Source of the DNA: Elusimicrobiota bacterium
GTDB lineage: Bacteria; Elusimicrobiota; Elusimicrobia; F11
Direction of reading: 5' to 3'
Assembly (NCBI GenBank): GCA_044221725.1
Contig: JBGAON010000005.1
Location: 256,001-320,000 of the forward strand
DNA length: 64,000 nucleotides
The notes under the pieces were generated by a model that saw only the letters and a list, made by a program, of their open reading frames with translations, was not told where the DNA came from and searched no databases. The translations under genes and the position numbers were made by a program. This document shows, piece by piece, positions 12,601 through 19,656 of the stretch; the first letter of the stretch is position 1; every line of letters begins with the position of its first letter.

Positions 12601-15600
12601 GCAGGACTATAAGTACGACGGACAAGCGCTGCTCACTTCCATTAACGTGCGAAACGTGAACGCGTCCATAGTTTTCGGCACGGCGCGCGGCTCGTTCCAA
12701 AATATCGGCGATCTGACGCGCGCTACCAGCGGCGAGATGGCGAAGCAAGGATTCGTTGTGCCACCCTCGTATCTATACGCGGGAACTCTTGAGAACGCGA
12801 TGGCGCGAGGTGGGATTCGCGTGAATTACCGACGTGAGATGGATGTTTCCTCAGGTCGCACGGCGCTTCTCGGATACGAATCGTTTAACTTTGGATTCAT
12901 GGGATGGACCGAAGAAAATACTCTGCGCGACACGAAAGGCGACGCGATTGAACTAAGCAAACAGACCTTCTACAAATACGATGGAAATGTTCTCGCGTCC
13001 ACCGACCACATTCTCGATTTGTTCCATCTCACAACATTCCAAACCATGTTCCCCGAGAGCAATCTCAATCAAACGTCGGACATCTATGTCTACATGCACA
13101 CAATGGTGTTCCGCAGCCCGCGCAACGAAGATGGCGAAATGATCCCGGACCCGAACAACCTCCTCGGAAAAGGCGCAACGCCCATGATGGAACAGTATCT
13201 TGAAGAATTCATTCAAATGGCCGACAACGGGTTTGCGCCGTGGATGAAATTCGACGGTGTGGTCACGATGCCCGGCGTGTTGACGAACCGCGACAGATAC
13301 AATTCGAATCGCGCGTACTTTACGCAGGGATGGACGGCCTTGCCGTGGTTTATTTCCGACGTGAACTGGGGACCGAGCGGTGCGCGGCTGTTCCCGCAAC
13401 AGTCGTTTGGCGGATTCAACGCTTCCAATATCGCGCTCCAAATGATTTCCGATTACGGCGTGTCGCATCTCACGCCGGGCGGTGTGCAAATCGTAGCGGC
13501 GTCGGGCGACAACCGGTTCGATCCATTGTGGTATTTGCCGCCGACCGCGTGGTTGCCGGCCGGAGGTTACTTGTATCAAGTAACAGACACCGGACAACCG
13601 GGACGACCGCACATTTGGCAACCACGTAACCTGTATGCATTTTCCGATGATGAAGGCGCTGCCGACGAAGAAGAGGTTGAACCGTTCAATCTGCTCGACC
13701 TGCCGAGCTTTGTCGCGCGCGCGGTAATTTTGGTGGCGCTGGTGTGGGCCGGCGCGCCCGACGCGAGTTCGGCGGATAGCCAAGTGCAGCTGGCACCCAC
13801 CGAGGACGGGCATTCCGAGAGAACGCCCGCCGCGGAGGAAGGAAAGAATCCCGATGCACAGGCGAACCCGCAGGGCAACGGGCCAGCGGTCGGAAAAGCG
13901 CCGGATCGGCCACTGAAAATCGAAACGAACGGCACCGTGCCGTTGAAGGACAACGAAGGCAAAGTGACGGAGACGCGAAGGGAAATTGTGAATGCACCGA
14001 CCGAGCCGTCCGAGCCGAGCAAACCAAACTTCTTGTTTGCGGCTATTAAAGGAGTGTTGGTGAATCTAATCGTCGTTGCGACCGCTGTTCTGAAATTTAC
14101 CGAAGTGAAGCCGGCCGGCAAAGAGGTCGTGAAGCCCGCCGTGCAGAACGATGCCCCCAAAATCGCAGGCGCAGTCGTTCGGAAGAAAGACCCTAATAAT
14201 AAGGAGAGACATCCGGATAATAGGGAGAACGTGCGCAAAGACGGCGAGAAATTCGAACTGAAGAAAGGCGCCATCGAAGTCGACAAGAATGGTCGCCTCC
14301 GATTGACGGCGGCCGAAGCGAAGAAATTCGCGCGCGGCAGCGAGATCAAACTGCTCGGCAAGAACGGCAAAGAGATCACGGTGACGGTTGGCCCGAACGG
14401 ACTGCTTGTGTTCAAAGAAAAGAACAAACCGTCGGAGCAGCTGCTTAAGGAAATCTTCACGCCGCTGCTGAAACAAGATTTGAACGGGCGCGTAGAATTG
14501 CGCGCCATGGTTTCCAATCAAGGCCGCACGTGGTTTGTTCGCGCGCCGGACGCACCGGTGGTAAGACGCGCGCAAATCGACCGTGTTCTCGAACAGGTCA
14601 AGCTGGCGCCGGTTGGCGAAGGCGAGGAAAATCCCAACGTTGGGCCCGCGAAAGTGAACGGCAATCTCGAACAGAATCCGAAATTAGGAAAAGCGGGCGA
14701 GAAGCCGCAAACCGACGCGGTAGTAGCGCGCGGCCTCTTGTCGCGCTTGGCACAAGCGCTCAACGTGTCGCCGCGAGAATTGACGATATTGCTGACGAGA
14801 GCCGAAAAACGGGCCCTGGAAAAAGGTGGCGTTGGTCCCACCGTGTTGCTGCGCACCTTTCTGCAAGCCGTGAAACTTGGAGACCAGGTTTCTTCGGCAA
14901 AATTGTACGCGGCGCTCGTCACCGAATTAAAAGACGTGAAACGCGAAGCGAACATCGGTGCCGGCCCGGTCGCGAAACCAAACGTCGCGAAACCGCAAAA
15001 CGAAGCGAAGGTGAATGCGGCGCAACCGAACGCGAACGAGAGGGACGAGAAACAAAAAGCCGAAGTGAAATTCCAAGCGCCGATGGTGAGTTTGTTGGGA
15101 GCGTTGCGGCAAATGTTGCGCGTGGAGGATAAGCAGCGCGGACTCGATGCGCGCGCACCGCAACAAATCTCGCTAAACATTGATGAGAACGGAAAACCGT
15201 CGTTGATTGTGAACGTCGGGGGAAAAACCGTCACATACAAGGTCGGCGAGCAAGTTGTTCTCGCCGTGGCGGGCCAACGTTTGGTTGTGAAGATTGGCAC
15301 CGATGGCTTCATCGTTCAAAATCCGAAAAACGTTTTCACGGTGGGCGCCGTACTGAGCGCGTTGTTGCCAAAAGGAGAAAAAGGCACAGCGCAGGTTATC
15401 GGTGTCACCAAAGACAACGCCGGTCAAACGGTGCTGCGCGTTGTGAACGCCACAGCCACCGATCTTGGATTGAAACTAACGTTTGCTGGGAAAAACGAAA
15501 CTGTTCAATCGAACCAAATCGATTTGATTGCGCAAGCGCACCACGTGAAAGCGACTGAAACACTCGATGGTCCGAAAATTGGCGAGAGAGTTTTCCAAAT

Positions 15601-17230
15601 TTCCGCCGTCGTTGATCGCCGAACGGGTTTCGATGCCAAACAATTTTTCGTCGAGAACTTGTTGGGGCGCCAAGTCGATCAGCAAGACGGAAATCGTATC
15701 ACAGTGCTCGTGCTCGACACGAAAGGAAACGTGATCCGCGCGGCGTTCAATTACGACAAGCAGAATATCGAATTTAAACAGGACGCAAAGCCGGCCATCG
15801 GCTCGCTCGTTGTTGCAGCCGGATTTGGAACCGCGAAAGCGACGCTGACCGCGGAGGGGAAGCCGGTGTTCGGTGTGGGCGGCAACGGTCCCATCGTAAA
15901 CAAAGCGCCGGCCGCGAACAATTTCGTTAATAACGGAGCAAAGCCGGTGGGCAACAACGCGATCGCGGTACCGAACGCCGCCGCAGTGAAACCGAATTTT
16001 GTATCGCTCGTGGGCGTTTTCTCAGCGAATGTTTCGCCGATCGCTACGGCCACCGCCCACACGGCGGTGAAATTCTCGGAGTTGTTCGCCCGTTTCGTTG
16101 TCGGCGATAAGATTGGTGGAAGGGACTCGGTGGGTCTTGTGTCGCGATTCACCGGTTATCTTGTCGCGGTTGGCGACAAAACCGTTCAGTCGCTCATCAC
16201 GCTCATCGCGCCGCGCACCCCGATGATTGTGAACGGTCGGTCGCCGTTCGTAATAACGGAAAATCCTCAGATTGGGCGCACGACGTTGAATATCAGCGAA
16301 CTGAAAGAGTTGGCGAAAACCTTTGAAGGCCGCCTTTCTATTCTCGATCAGTTGGGAAATCTGAAAGTGGACACGAAGACCATGTCGCAGGTGCTCGGCT
16401 TGCTCGCGATGCCCGCGGTTCAAAGTCTGCAACAGCCGTTTATCCGCGTCGATAAAAATGTGAACGGCACCTATATCGTTGAGGCGCGCGGCCGCGACAA
16501 CGACGGAAACGCGATCCGCATCACACCGAACGGAAAGATGGAGCGCATTCCGGAACAAGAGATCCCGAAGAAAGTCCCGGCGCCAGGATTGTGGAAGCGG
16601 TTTGAGTCAACCAACGATAACAATCAAATCGATCTCAACAGATTTCATTCGTTCGCTGTTGCGCCGACAGCGATTGCGAGGGAAACAGCGGGCGCGATCC
16701 TTGTGTCCGACGCCGGATCTGCGCTTATCGCACGCGAGATTCGCAATCTCACGCCGGCGTTTGCGACGGCGGACAGCATTGGAATTTCGGATGCGAGCTA
16801 CGCGAAATTGCCGGGTCGGTTTGTTCCTTACCACACGCATCTCGGTTGGCCAAACACGTTTCATGGTTTGGCGCGGTTCGCACCGACGGCCGAAGACGTG
16901 CGTACGCACCGATCGCTCATGAACAAGTTCGCGAAAACGCACGGAACGGATTTGTCGTTGCCGGGCGTGATCTATTTTGCGTCGGGCGAGAAAACCTTAT
17001 TCTGGGTCGGAGAAAGCGATCACGAGCTCGTGAAACTGGAAGTGCTCGATGCTGAGGGTGCACGACGCGTTGCACACGTGACGGTTCAACAATTGGAGCT
17101 TGCAGAGCTGACCGGCGAATTGAATGTTGTGAGCGACGATGGCGTGAGAGAACCGGCGGGTGTGGCAGCGTCGAACAAAATTGTAATGCTAAACCTTAGA
17201 ATGGATTTGTGGGACAAGAAGAAAAGATAA
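1..17230 (+). CDS. Giant repeat-rich secreted/surface protein, 5' truncated (>5,740 aa in window)
   Basis: Single uninterrupted ORF. The frame is already open at nt 2 (SWQHNFDGTAVRSD..., mid-repeat), so the start lies upstream of the window. Stop TAA at 17228-17230. Confidence 0.95.
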   Translation, partial: SWQHNFDGTAVRSDSVTENDLVVWAASGRVVPRSVTNTSWTTDWTSRSVWNTGGVPLIAFDAEGNAVENLNVIWGGHSFDSPYEGPTGWQRSIGTTYFANSDNTKRSYNNYGRPTDVAPWSVSKSQRFNALGVPGVDVNYDASISYGTSNNAIWQATGVQRSDLQVTRSWSATADFFASFTAFGFDNPNISALTGEGSASWTILDSRGSYFSSGPDIGKINRAIAPRTYGGSWQHNFDGTAVRSDSVTQNDLTVWAASGRIVPRSVTNTSWTTDWTSRSTWQINNVPIIGLDSEGHSVAGLDRIWGGHSFDNPYVGPTGWQRSIGTTYFANSDNSKRSYNNYGRPTDIAPWSVSKSQRFNSLGITGVDINYDASISYGTSNNLIWYATGVQRSELQVTQTWSAAAGFDASFASYSFDNPNISDLTGEGSTSWSILDSRGSYFDSGADIGKINRAVAPRSYGGSWQRTFDGTAVRSDSVTENDLSVWAASGRVVPRSVTNTSWTTDWTSRSNWTIAGVPIIGLDAQGNSVVGLNRIWGGQSFDNPFEGPTGWQRSVGTTYFANRDDSKRAYNLYGRPTDFAPWSVTQSQRFNSLGIPGVDINYDASMSYGVSNNAIWQATGVQRSDIQVTQTWSAVAGFDASFRNYNFDNPNISELTGEGSTSWSLLDSRGSYFDSGADIGKINRAVAPRSYGGSWQRTFDGTAVRSDSVTENDLSVWAASGRVVPRSVTNTSWTTDWASRSTWNIAGVSIVGLDAQGNLVAGLDQIWGGQSFDDPYEGATGWQRSIGTTFFANADNSKRSYNLYGRPTDVAPWSVTKSQRFNALGVPGVDVNYDASISYGTNNNAIWKAVGVQRSDLQVTQSWSATADFANSFTNFSFDNPNISALTGEGSTSWSVLDSRGSYFTSGVDIGKINRSDVPKSYGGSWQRTFDGTAVRSDSVTENDLSVWAASGRVVPRSVTNTSWTTDWTTRSVWTISGVPIVGLDANGNSVAGLDRIWGGNSFENPFSGPTGWQRSFSSTYFANTNDSKRAYNLYGRPTDVAPWSVTKSQRFNALGVPGVDINYDASISYGTNNNAIWKATGVQRSDIQVTQTWSAVAGFSDSFSVYNFDNPNISDLTGEGSTSWSLLDSRGSYYESGRDIGKINRSNMPRSYGGSWQRTYDGTATRSDSVTDNDIDVWAASGRIVPRSVTNTSWTSDWSSRSTWQIAGFPIVGLDAEGNAVAGLDRIWGSDSFNSPFEGPTGWQRSIGTTYFASGDNSKRAYNLYGRPGDFAPWSVSMSQRFNSLGVPGVDANYDASITYGTNSNAIWKATGSQRSDLQITKGWSAVPDFSGSFTSYSFDNPNVSVLTGEATTSWSLLDSRGSYYESGADIGKINRSVAPRTYGGSWQRSFDGTATRSDSVTENDLSVWAASGRVVPREVTNTSWTTDVTSHSQWNVSGVPIGGYDADGNAVLGLDRIWGGNSFDAPYVGPTGWQRSISTTYFANSNDAKRAYNLYGRPNDVAPWSISQSQRFNALGVPGVDMNYDASISYSTNNNAIWQATGAQRSDEQVTQSWSATADFAGSFASFSFDHPNISDLTGEGSTSWSLLDSRGSYFTSGPDIGKINRAVAPRSYGGSWQRTFDGTATRSDNVTVNDLDVWSTSGRVVPRSITNTSWTTDWTSRSVWNIPGVSIGGLDAQGNPVAGLDRIWGGNSFASPFEGPTGWQRNMSTTYFANSNNSIRSYNLYGRPTNVAPWTVSQSQRFNSLGVPGVDVNYDASITYNTNNSAIWLATGVQRSDIQVTEGWSAVADFATSFSRYSFDNPNISELTGEASTSWSLLDSRGSYFESGPDIGKINRANVPKSYGGSWQRSFDGTAVRSDTVTRNDLFVWAASGRVIPLSVESTSWTTDATSRSQWQIPGTPIMGLNADGQLVGGLDRIWGGNSFEAPFEGPTGWQRSISTTYFANSDNTKRAYNQYGRPTGQAPWSVTKSQRFNALGIPGVDLNYDASISYGTNNNAIWQATGAQRSDEQLTKTWSAAAEFDASFSAYSFDNPNVSELTGEASTSWSLLDSRGSYFTSGPDIGKINRAVVPRTYGGSWQRNFDGTATRSDSVTVNDRDVWGTSGRVVPRSISNTSWTTDWTSRSSWNLAGVPVVGLDAEGNLVAGLDRIWGGFDYNSPFEGPTGWQRSKATTYFASDDNSRRAYNLYGRPTANAPWTITNGQQYNSLSSPALDDAYSAFQSYTTYNDTIWSGVGVQRTKQQITLGYSTNRVGDGSFADPYASTATGARSTNWNVTDYSGSYYTTGADIGKIIRTVDATPKSYGGSFSDDGFLNVTRADTWTTNNADIWMASGRVAPLQSGFTSWTSTRTKGTWDARAHVGASVTALDASGRALDFSVINVLGDHTFDDPAKRVTGAWNKTKGTTYFDVSYNNYGRPVGVAPRSVTESLDYSPVAPSVAGDIPNAYTASITYASNNDAIWDAIGVQRPLVQARYGFNSNANWGGSFDAPTNGLLGTSRSWNAVYYKDSFFTDPSDMTTIGRVRRGDEKYLPISKGGFESFDNLITYSAGTTETTFNLDYWNLTGNLLNASVRTRTWSSSDGQASWDVNAAFGANLVVHDAGNNAIDLASRPVYGPGSVDAPLKLIDESSFRSQLDTDYSRSFSLALGTLGRPTNTAPTSTGWQWSDNGTGAGISKAILSQTYNDEIWGRLQEQRLADTTQISFSSDDKLVSGRPGIDSEYGSGSINNPIAQANDTSFRGYNHTSYNNSWNLANGQPNPAVPPTTDGWTLNFDGFRYQKTITNVTNQAAVWGFDARAVFEKSISQTFDSDDTVISNNPEHPDFGGGTYATPVLRDDHLFNRSQTITTAEGSFDPYGMPTTKAPISVVTTDAGEMFKTRDFANQADFNQAVQAVSARVGQFFDLLPYTLTQQRMLGILRDDLSTPYWNPSLEEAASIKASVITALNGWAASHNASTSSYDDFYDFVVGVLETSVPHLSDLKNADNMDFVQQLYDDLYRGQESGPTTRFVDALRRLPSDPAIASELNSILNSGGTFVQIASKVTSLMAKAKDKAVVNALSTLLYNFSDKSSLKNTFAWRSLQDTQIEQRFSAQAWHNTGQQRIEYRKTDTKGQAFDGTKYESFVEVNYTLDPKSGLTANASGRGWTTNTDPAGNSQKTSFEQTYVIRLHEARLERQTSTAFESFFNDGSSTKLIGQNYTEYEYDAVGRLTGAHGESGTRSDDGFGNVTETQTSLFYTIIKGAAKLDHSLSTSISATTDGNYTVPVGGPARTNYHYDTAGNLLSADSTNNVSQTVDSFGNRQDRSVSIEFRLFVGQVRAARVFSSVDAFNIDGSISHTDTLTSNRFLSSGALPKVVTSTSKSVFRGDDGNLNFTVGRSYTESQNIMGLSKQTSSVNIALLANFDGSVVQSKSTFVSQYTGGVLAGGNAVRESWSDDGFGNLDAGDGFDTYVAIGGLLKIASSTSRNVHAARDESVSWSSTKIDYAYKWVSTRTPFGGVGLISMLDRAIGIGTNKSNDGWGNITHGQSVLTFAVIAGQARPLSTISDNITRAMTGATTISHSETYTLYNTVGRAYRQFGIGSSNTDDGFGNKTWETLTDTEFVLMHGKFKVAEVHSRGGFLRRDLNYGVNSSDTYYLYAANDQLLTARGSRSSLGTDQWGNYNDSSTQVVYGIFAGQARAVKTETTSHSRRIDSSWTDSSDTEIMGYNAGGRIMAASNSSISFGGDGFVSVNSSVSNTVQAIAFGSPVAVESFTHTESSDIRGDWSQSDNLTDYFYSRNATYVMPLDVFNDMHVYYAPFLATNNLTVFNSQSFASGILTTETGGLRMSAIIGDTNLMRDIHEEIGYRTGVIRIQDLTGWYSQDNTTARRKSDYQYDLGTAAFLTGQSVTETFTDKREMSQMGTSNAYQGSSVSIALYTNVAGKRVVAMDSTNSTDFVIVAGRLASTSTSQTISEYFYNDVGNATYKTADTITDSEESVPTLPPVIGPAVDDFFFGAKGSLSHSRSFTYSENVYGFLDPVFTKSESTSWNTFRSAVTERTSILTYQFNRFGEVGREGRWFSATRNAWYENWSGTPGDEEAFDAEDANVVTRSWGEDTYQTYRYVRGQLVHSRVDSHTNGRTTTIDTTYNRDVITGKGLSTDTVTRSGNIGATNDWWSLVIDHSIEYAIDSYNVVTESEQRYSGVAFFEVASGRGALVPIFVSFVQDYKYDGQALLTSINVRNVNASIVFGTARGSFQNIGDLTRATSGEMAKQGFVVPPSYLYAGTLENAMARGGIRVNYRREMDVSSGRTALLGYESFNFGFMGWTEENTLRDTKGDAIELSKQTFYKYDGNVLASTDHILDLFHLTTFQTMFPESNLNQTSDIYVYMHTMVFRSPRNEDGEMIPDPNNLLGKGATPMMEQYLEEFIQMADNGFAPWMKFDGVVTMPGVLTNRDRYNSNRAYFTQGWTALPWFISDVNWGPSGARLFPQQSFGGFNASNIALQMISDYGVSHLTPGGVQIVAASGDNRFDPLWYLPPTAWLPAGGYLYQVTDTGQPGRPHIWQPRNLYAFSDDEGAADEEEVEPFNLLDLPSFVARAVILVALVWAGAPDASSADSQVQLAPTEDGHSERTPAAEEGKNPDAQANPQGNGPAVGKAPDRPLKIETNGTVPLKDNEGKVTETRREIVNAPTEPSEPSKPNFLFAAIKGVLVNLIVVATAVLKFTEVKPAGKEVVKPAVQNDAPKIAGAVVRKKDPNNKERHPDNRENVRKDGEKFELKKGAIEVDKNGRLRLTAAEAKKFARGSEIKLLGKNGKEITVTVGPNGLLVFKEKNKPSEQLLKEIFTPLLKQDLNGRVELRAMVSNQGRTWFVRAPDAPVVRRAQIDRVLEQVKLAPVGEGEENPNVGPAKVNGNLEQNPKLGKAGEKPQTDAVVARGLLSRLAQALNVSPRELTILLTRAEKRALEKGGVGPTVLLRTFLQAVKLGDQVSSAKLYAALVTELKDVKREANIGAGPVAKPNVAKPQNEAKVNAAQPNANERDEKQKAEVKFQAPMVSLLGALRQMLRVEDKQRGLDARAPQQISLNIDENGKPSLIVNVGGKTVTYKVGEQVVLAVAGQRLVVKIGTDGFIVQNPKNVFTVGAVLSALLPKGEKGTAQVIGVTKDNAGQTVLRVVNATATDLGLKLTFAGKNETVQSNQIDLIAQAHHVKATETLDGPKIGERVFQISAVVDRRTGFDAKQFFVENLLGRQVDQQDGNRITVLVLDTKGNVIRAAFNYDKQNIEFKQDAKPAIGSLVVAAGFGTAKATLTAEGKPVFGVGGNGPIVNKAPAANNFVNNGAKPVGNNAIAVPNAAAVKPNFVSLVGVFSANVSPIATATAHTAVKFSELFARFVVGDKIGGRDSVGLVSRFTGYLVAVGDKTVQSLITLIAPRTPMIVNGRSPFVITENPQIGRTTLNISELKELAKTFEGRLSILDQLGNLKVDTKTMSQVLGLLAMPAVQSLQQPFIRVDKNVNGTYIVEARGRDNDGNAIRITPNGKMERIPEQEIPKKVPAPGLWKRFESTNDNNQIDLNRFHSFAVAPTAIARETAGAILVSDAGSALIAREIRNLTPAFATADSIGISDASYAKLPGRFVPYHTHLGWPNTFHGLARFAPTAEDVRTHRSLMNKFAKTHGTDLSLPGVIYFASGEKTLFWVGESDHELVKLEVLDAEGARRVAHVTVQQLELAELTGELNVVSDDGVREPAGVAASNKIVMLNLRMDLWDKKKR
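9300..11330 (+). repeat. Degenerate ~70-aa YD/RHS-like repeats within the giant protein
   Basis: D(G/S)(F/W)GN-type motifs at about 9445, 9656, 9878, 10091, 10295, 10538, 10745, 10958 and 11162, with Y(D/N)xxG(R/N)L motifs such as EYEYDAVGRL and YHYDTAGNL. Confidence 0.75.
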
Positions 17231-17274
17231 GCGTTAAGAATTACACCTACTGTCGGGCCGGGATGACGGCTCTA

Positions 17275-17973
17275 TTATTCTTGCGCGAGGTAGCGATAAC
17301 CGATGCGCTCGACGGTTTCGATCTTGTTTTCGTAGCGTCCGAGTTTTTTCCGCAGTCGACCGACGTGCACGTCGACGGTGCGCGTGTTGCCCACCAACTC
17401 ATGGCCCCATACTGACTCGCACAGCACTTCGCGCGTTAACACCGTGTTCTTCGCGCGCATGAGAGCGGCCAACAAATCAAATTCTTTCGGGGAAAGATCC
17501 ACCGGCTTCTTATCAATCTCAAGCCGATGTTGATCCAAATGGATTTTGATGGTTCCGTCTTCGATCATGCCGTGCATCGGATCTTTCGGTTTGGAACGGC
17601 GGAGCACCGCGCGGATGCGCGCGACAAACTCGCCTTGGTTGAACGGTTTCACAATGTAATCGTCGGCGCCGATTTCCAAGCCAGCGATTTTGTAGGAATC
17701 CACGGATTGAACGGTCAGCATAACGACCGAAAGGTTGGCCGTGTTCGGATTTGCGCGAAGTTTCTTAATGATGCCAAAGCCATCTTCATCGGGAAGTTGC
17801 AAATCGAGCACCACAAGATCCGGTTTAAAAGTGCCAACCAATTTGAAGAAGTCGGCGGCTGAGGACGCGGTTTCTACAATGAATCCTTCGCGTTCGAGAA
17901 CCATTTCGACCAGGCGGCGAATATCCGGGTCGTCGTCGACAACAATGATCTTTTGTTTAATTTCAGAAGCCAT
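17275..17973 (-). CDS. OmpR/PhoB-family response regulator
   Basis: Receiver domain (VVDDD, DLVVLD, ADDYIVKPF) plus winged HTH (RTVDVHVGRLRKKL, GYR). AGGAG lies 5-6 nt before the ATG at 17973. Confidence 0.95.
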   Translation of the reverse strand: MASEIKQKIIVVDDDPDIRRLVEMVLEREGFIVETASSAADFFKLVGTFKPDLVVLDLQLPDEDGFGIIKKLRANPNTANLSVVMLTVQSVDSYKIAGLEIGADDYIVKPFNQGEFVARIRAVLRRSKPKDPMHGMIEDGTIKIHLDQHRLEIDKKPVDLSPKEFDLLAALMRAKNTVLTREVLCESVWGHELVGNTRTVDVHVGRLRKKLGRYENKIETVERIGYRYLAQE

Positions 17974-17982
17974 TTGCACTCC

Positions 17983-19476
17983 TTACTGAGGTCGAAGTAC
18001 TTTTGCCTTTAGCTCTTCAGTCAACTTCGGTATCGTAAAAAAGAAAGCTGTTCCTTGCCCGGAGGGCGCGGGGCTTTTGATCCAAATTTTCCCGCCGTGC
18101 GCTTCAACAATTCCTTTCGCAATCGCAAGGCCAAGTCCAGTCCCTTTGTGTTTGCGGGCCATGCCTTGATTCGACTTCACCTGCTCGAATTTGCTGAACA
18201 ACTTGTCCACCATGTCAGGCGGAATTCCTTCGCCGGTGTCGTGCACGCTGATCTCAAGATGATTTCCGCCTTCGGTCGCCTGAATTTCCACTTGGCCTTT
18301 TTCGGGCGTAAATTTGATGGCGTTCGACGTCAAATTAATAAGAACCTCGGCAATTTTGTCTTTGTCCACAAACGCGGGCGCCAACTGCTTCGCGACCTTA
18401 TTCTTGAACGTAATTTTCTTTTCTTCAAGCTGAGGTTTGAAAAGAGCTTCCATTTCGTGCGCGAGGTCCGCCATGTTCAGTTGCTCCGGCGTGAGCTTTA
18501 GCTTGTGCGCTTCGATCTTCGCGACGTCCAAAAGATTATCGATAAATCGTCCCAGCCGAACCGCGCTGTTTTTGATCACGGATAAATAATCTTTTTGCTC
18601 CGCATTAATGGGTCCCGCCGCCCCCTGCAGCAAAAGGTCAATGTAGCCACGGATGGATGTCATCGGTGATCGCAATTCGTGCGTGACGTTTGAAACAAAG
18701 TCTTGCTTCATTTGGTCCAGTTCGCCCAACTTCGCCGCCATCAAGTTGAAATCGTCGGCCAGTTCCTTTAATTCGTCGTCGGTCGAAACGGCGATGCGGT
18801 GGTCCAATTTTCCTTCGCCGATTTTTTGCGCGCCTTCGCGCAACGTCTCAATTGGTTTCGTAATAAACGCCGCCAACAAGAACGCGCCGAGCAAGCCGAG
18901 CACCAACGCGAAGAAAAAGGCGCTGCGAATGCGCTGGTCCATGATCCGCAACGAATTCTTTATGTCGCGGTCGATCATGCTTTTGTCGAACCCAATGCGG
19001 GCCACGCCTTCGTATTTCGGGGGATTTAAGCCGATCATGATCGGGACCGATATATCAATAATGTCTTTGTTGTCCTTCGACTTGAGGTTTTGCGTGAACA
19101 ATTCTTGGCGATCGCGGTTTTCGAGAACTTTTTGAGAAGCGGGATCGTCCAGTTTCTTGCCGATTTGGGTGGCGTCGGTGTGCACGCGGACGCGGCCATC
19201 TTCGTAAAGCACCATCGCGTACGCCGTCGTCAGGGACTTTTGCAGCAAATTCACATAGTTAACAAGACCTGTTTCGTCATCGACGAGAATCGCCTCGCGC
19301 GCCACTTGGCGCAGCGCCCGCACCATGTCAGCGCGGTTCGTTTCCTGGGTTTCGATGATCGCCCGTTTCTGGCCGGACCGAAGGTAATAGCTGAAGGCTC
19401 CGGCCACAAACAGCACCAAAAGCGTCGCAAAAAAGGCCAGTTTGAACTTTAAAGGGGTTCGTTTTTTCGTCGGCAT
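17983..19476 (-). CDS. Membrane sensor histidine kinase (TM-periplasmic-TM-HAMP-HisKA-HATPase)
   Basis: H-box VTHELRSPMT, N-box NLTSNAIKFT, G-boxes DTGEGI and GTGLGL. The start is placed at MPTKK because the longer ORF start lies within a REP hairpin. Confidence 0.93.
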   Translation of the reverse strand: MPTKKRTPLKFKLAFFATLLVLFVAGAFSYYLRSGQKRAIIETQETNRADMVRALRQVAREAILVDDETGLVNYVNLLQKSLTTAYAMVLYEDGRVRVHTDATQIGKKLDDPASQKVLENRDRQELFTQNLKSKDNKDIIDISVPIMIGLNPPKYEGVARIGFDKSMIDRDIKNSLRIMDQRIRSAFFFALVLGLLGAFLLAAFITKPIETLREGAQKIGEGKLDHRIAVSTDDELKELADDFNLMAAKLGELDQMKQDFVSNVTHELRSPMTSIRGYIDLLLQGAAGPINAEQKDYLSVIKNSAVRLGRFIDNLLDVAKIEAHKLKLTPEQLNMADLAHEMEALFKPQLEEKKITFKNKVAKQLAPAFVDKDKIAEVLINLTSNAIKFTPEKGQVEIQATEGGNHLEISVHDTGEGIPPDMVDKLFSKFEQVKSNQGMARKHKGTGLGLAIAKGIVEAHGGKIWIKSPAPSGQGTAFFFTIPKLTEELKAKVLRPQ

Positions 19477-19505
19477 AAATAGAAGGCGGGATGTTATCAC
19501 ATCAC

Positions 19506-19596
19506 CGTCGCCCCCGCGCAGGCGCGGGGCCAGGCACATGAAATCGCGAGCGGATTGATTGACGGTGTCTAGGCCCCTGCCTGCGTGGCGGCGACG
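19506..19596. repeat. REP/REPIN-like imperfect inverted repeat
   Basis: cgtcgcccccgcgcaggcgcggggccaggcac ... gtgtctaggcccctgcctgcgtggcggcgacg pair imperfectly. Confidence 0.7.
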
Positions 19597-19656
19597 ATCA
19601 AAAAACTTTAAATCGCATTGAATTTCATCGCTTCCTCCTTATACTGGGATGGAAAT

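Noticed and set aside
225..17055. Many long antisense or alternate-frame ORFs over the giant gene (e.g. 2705-3961, 11405-12748)
   Set aside because: These are shadow ORFs expected from GC-rich codon bias; they recur with the repeat and show no motifs.
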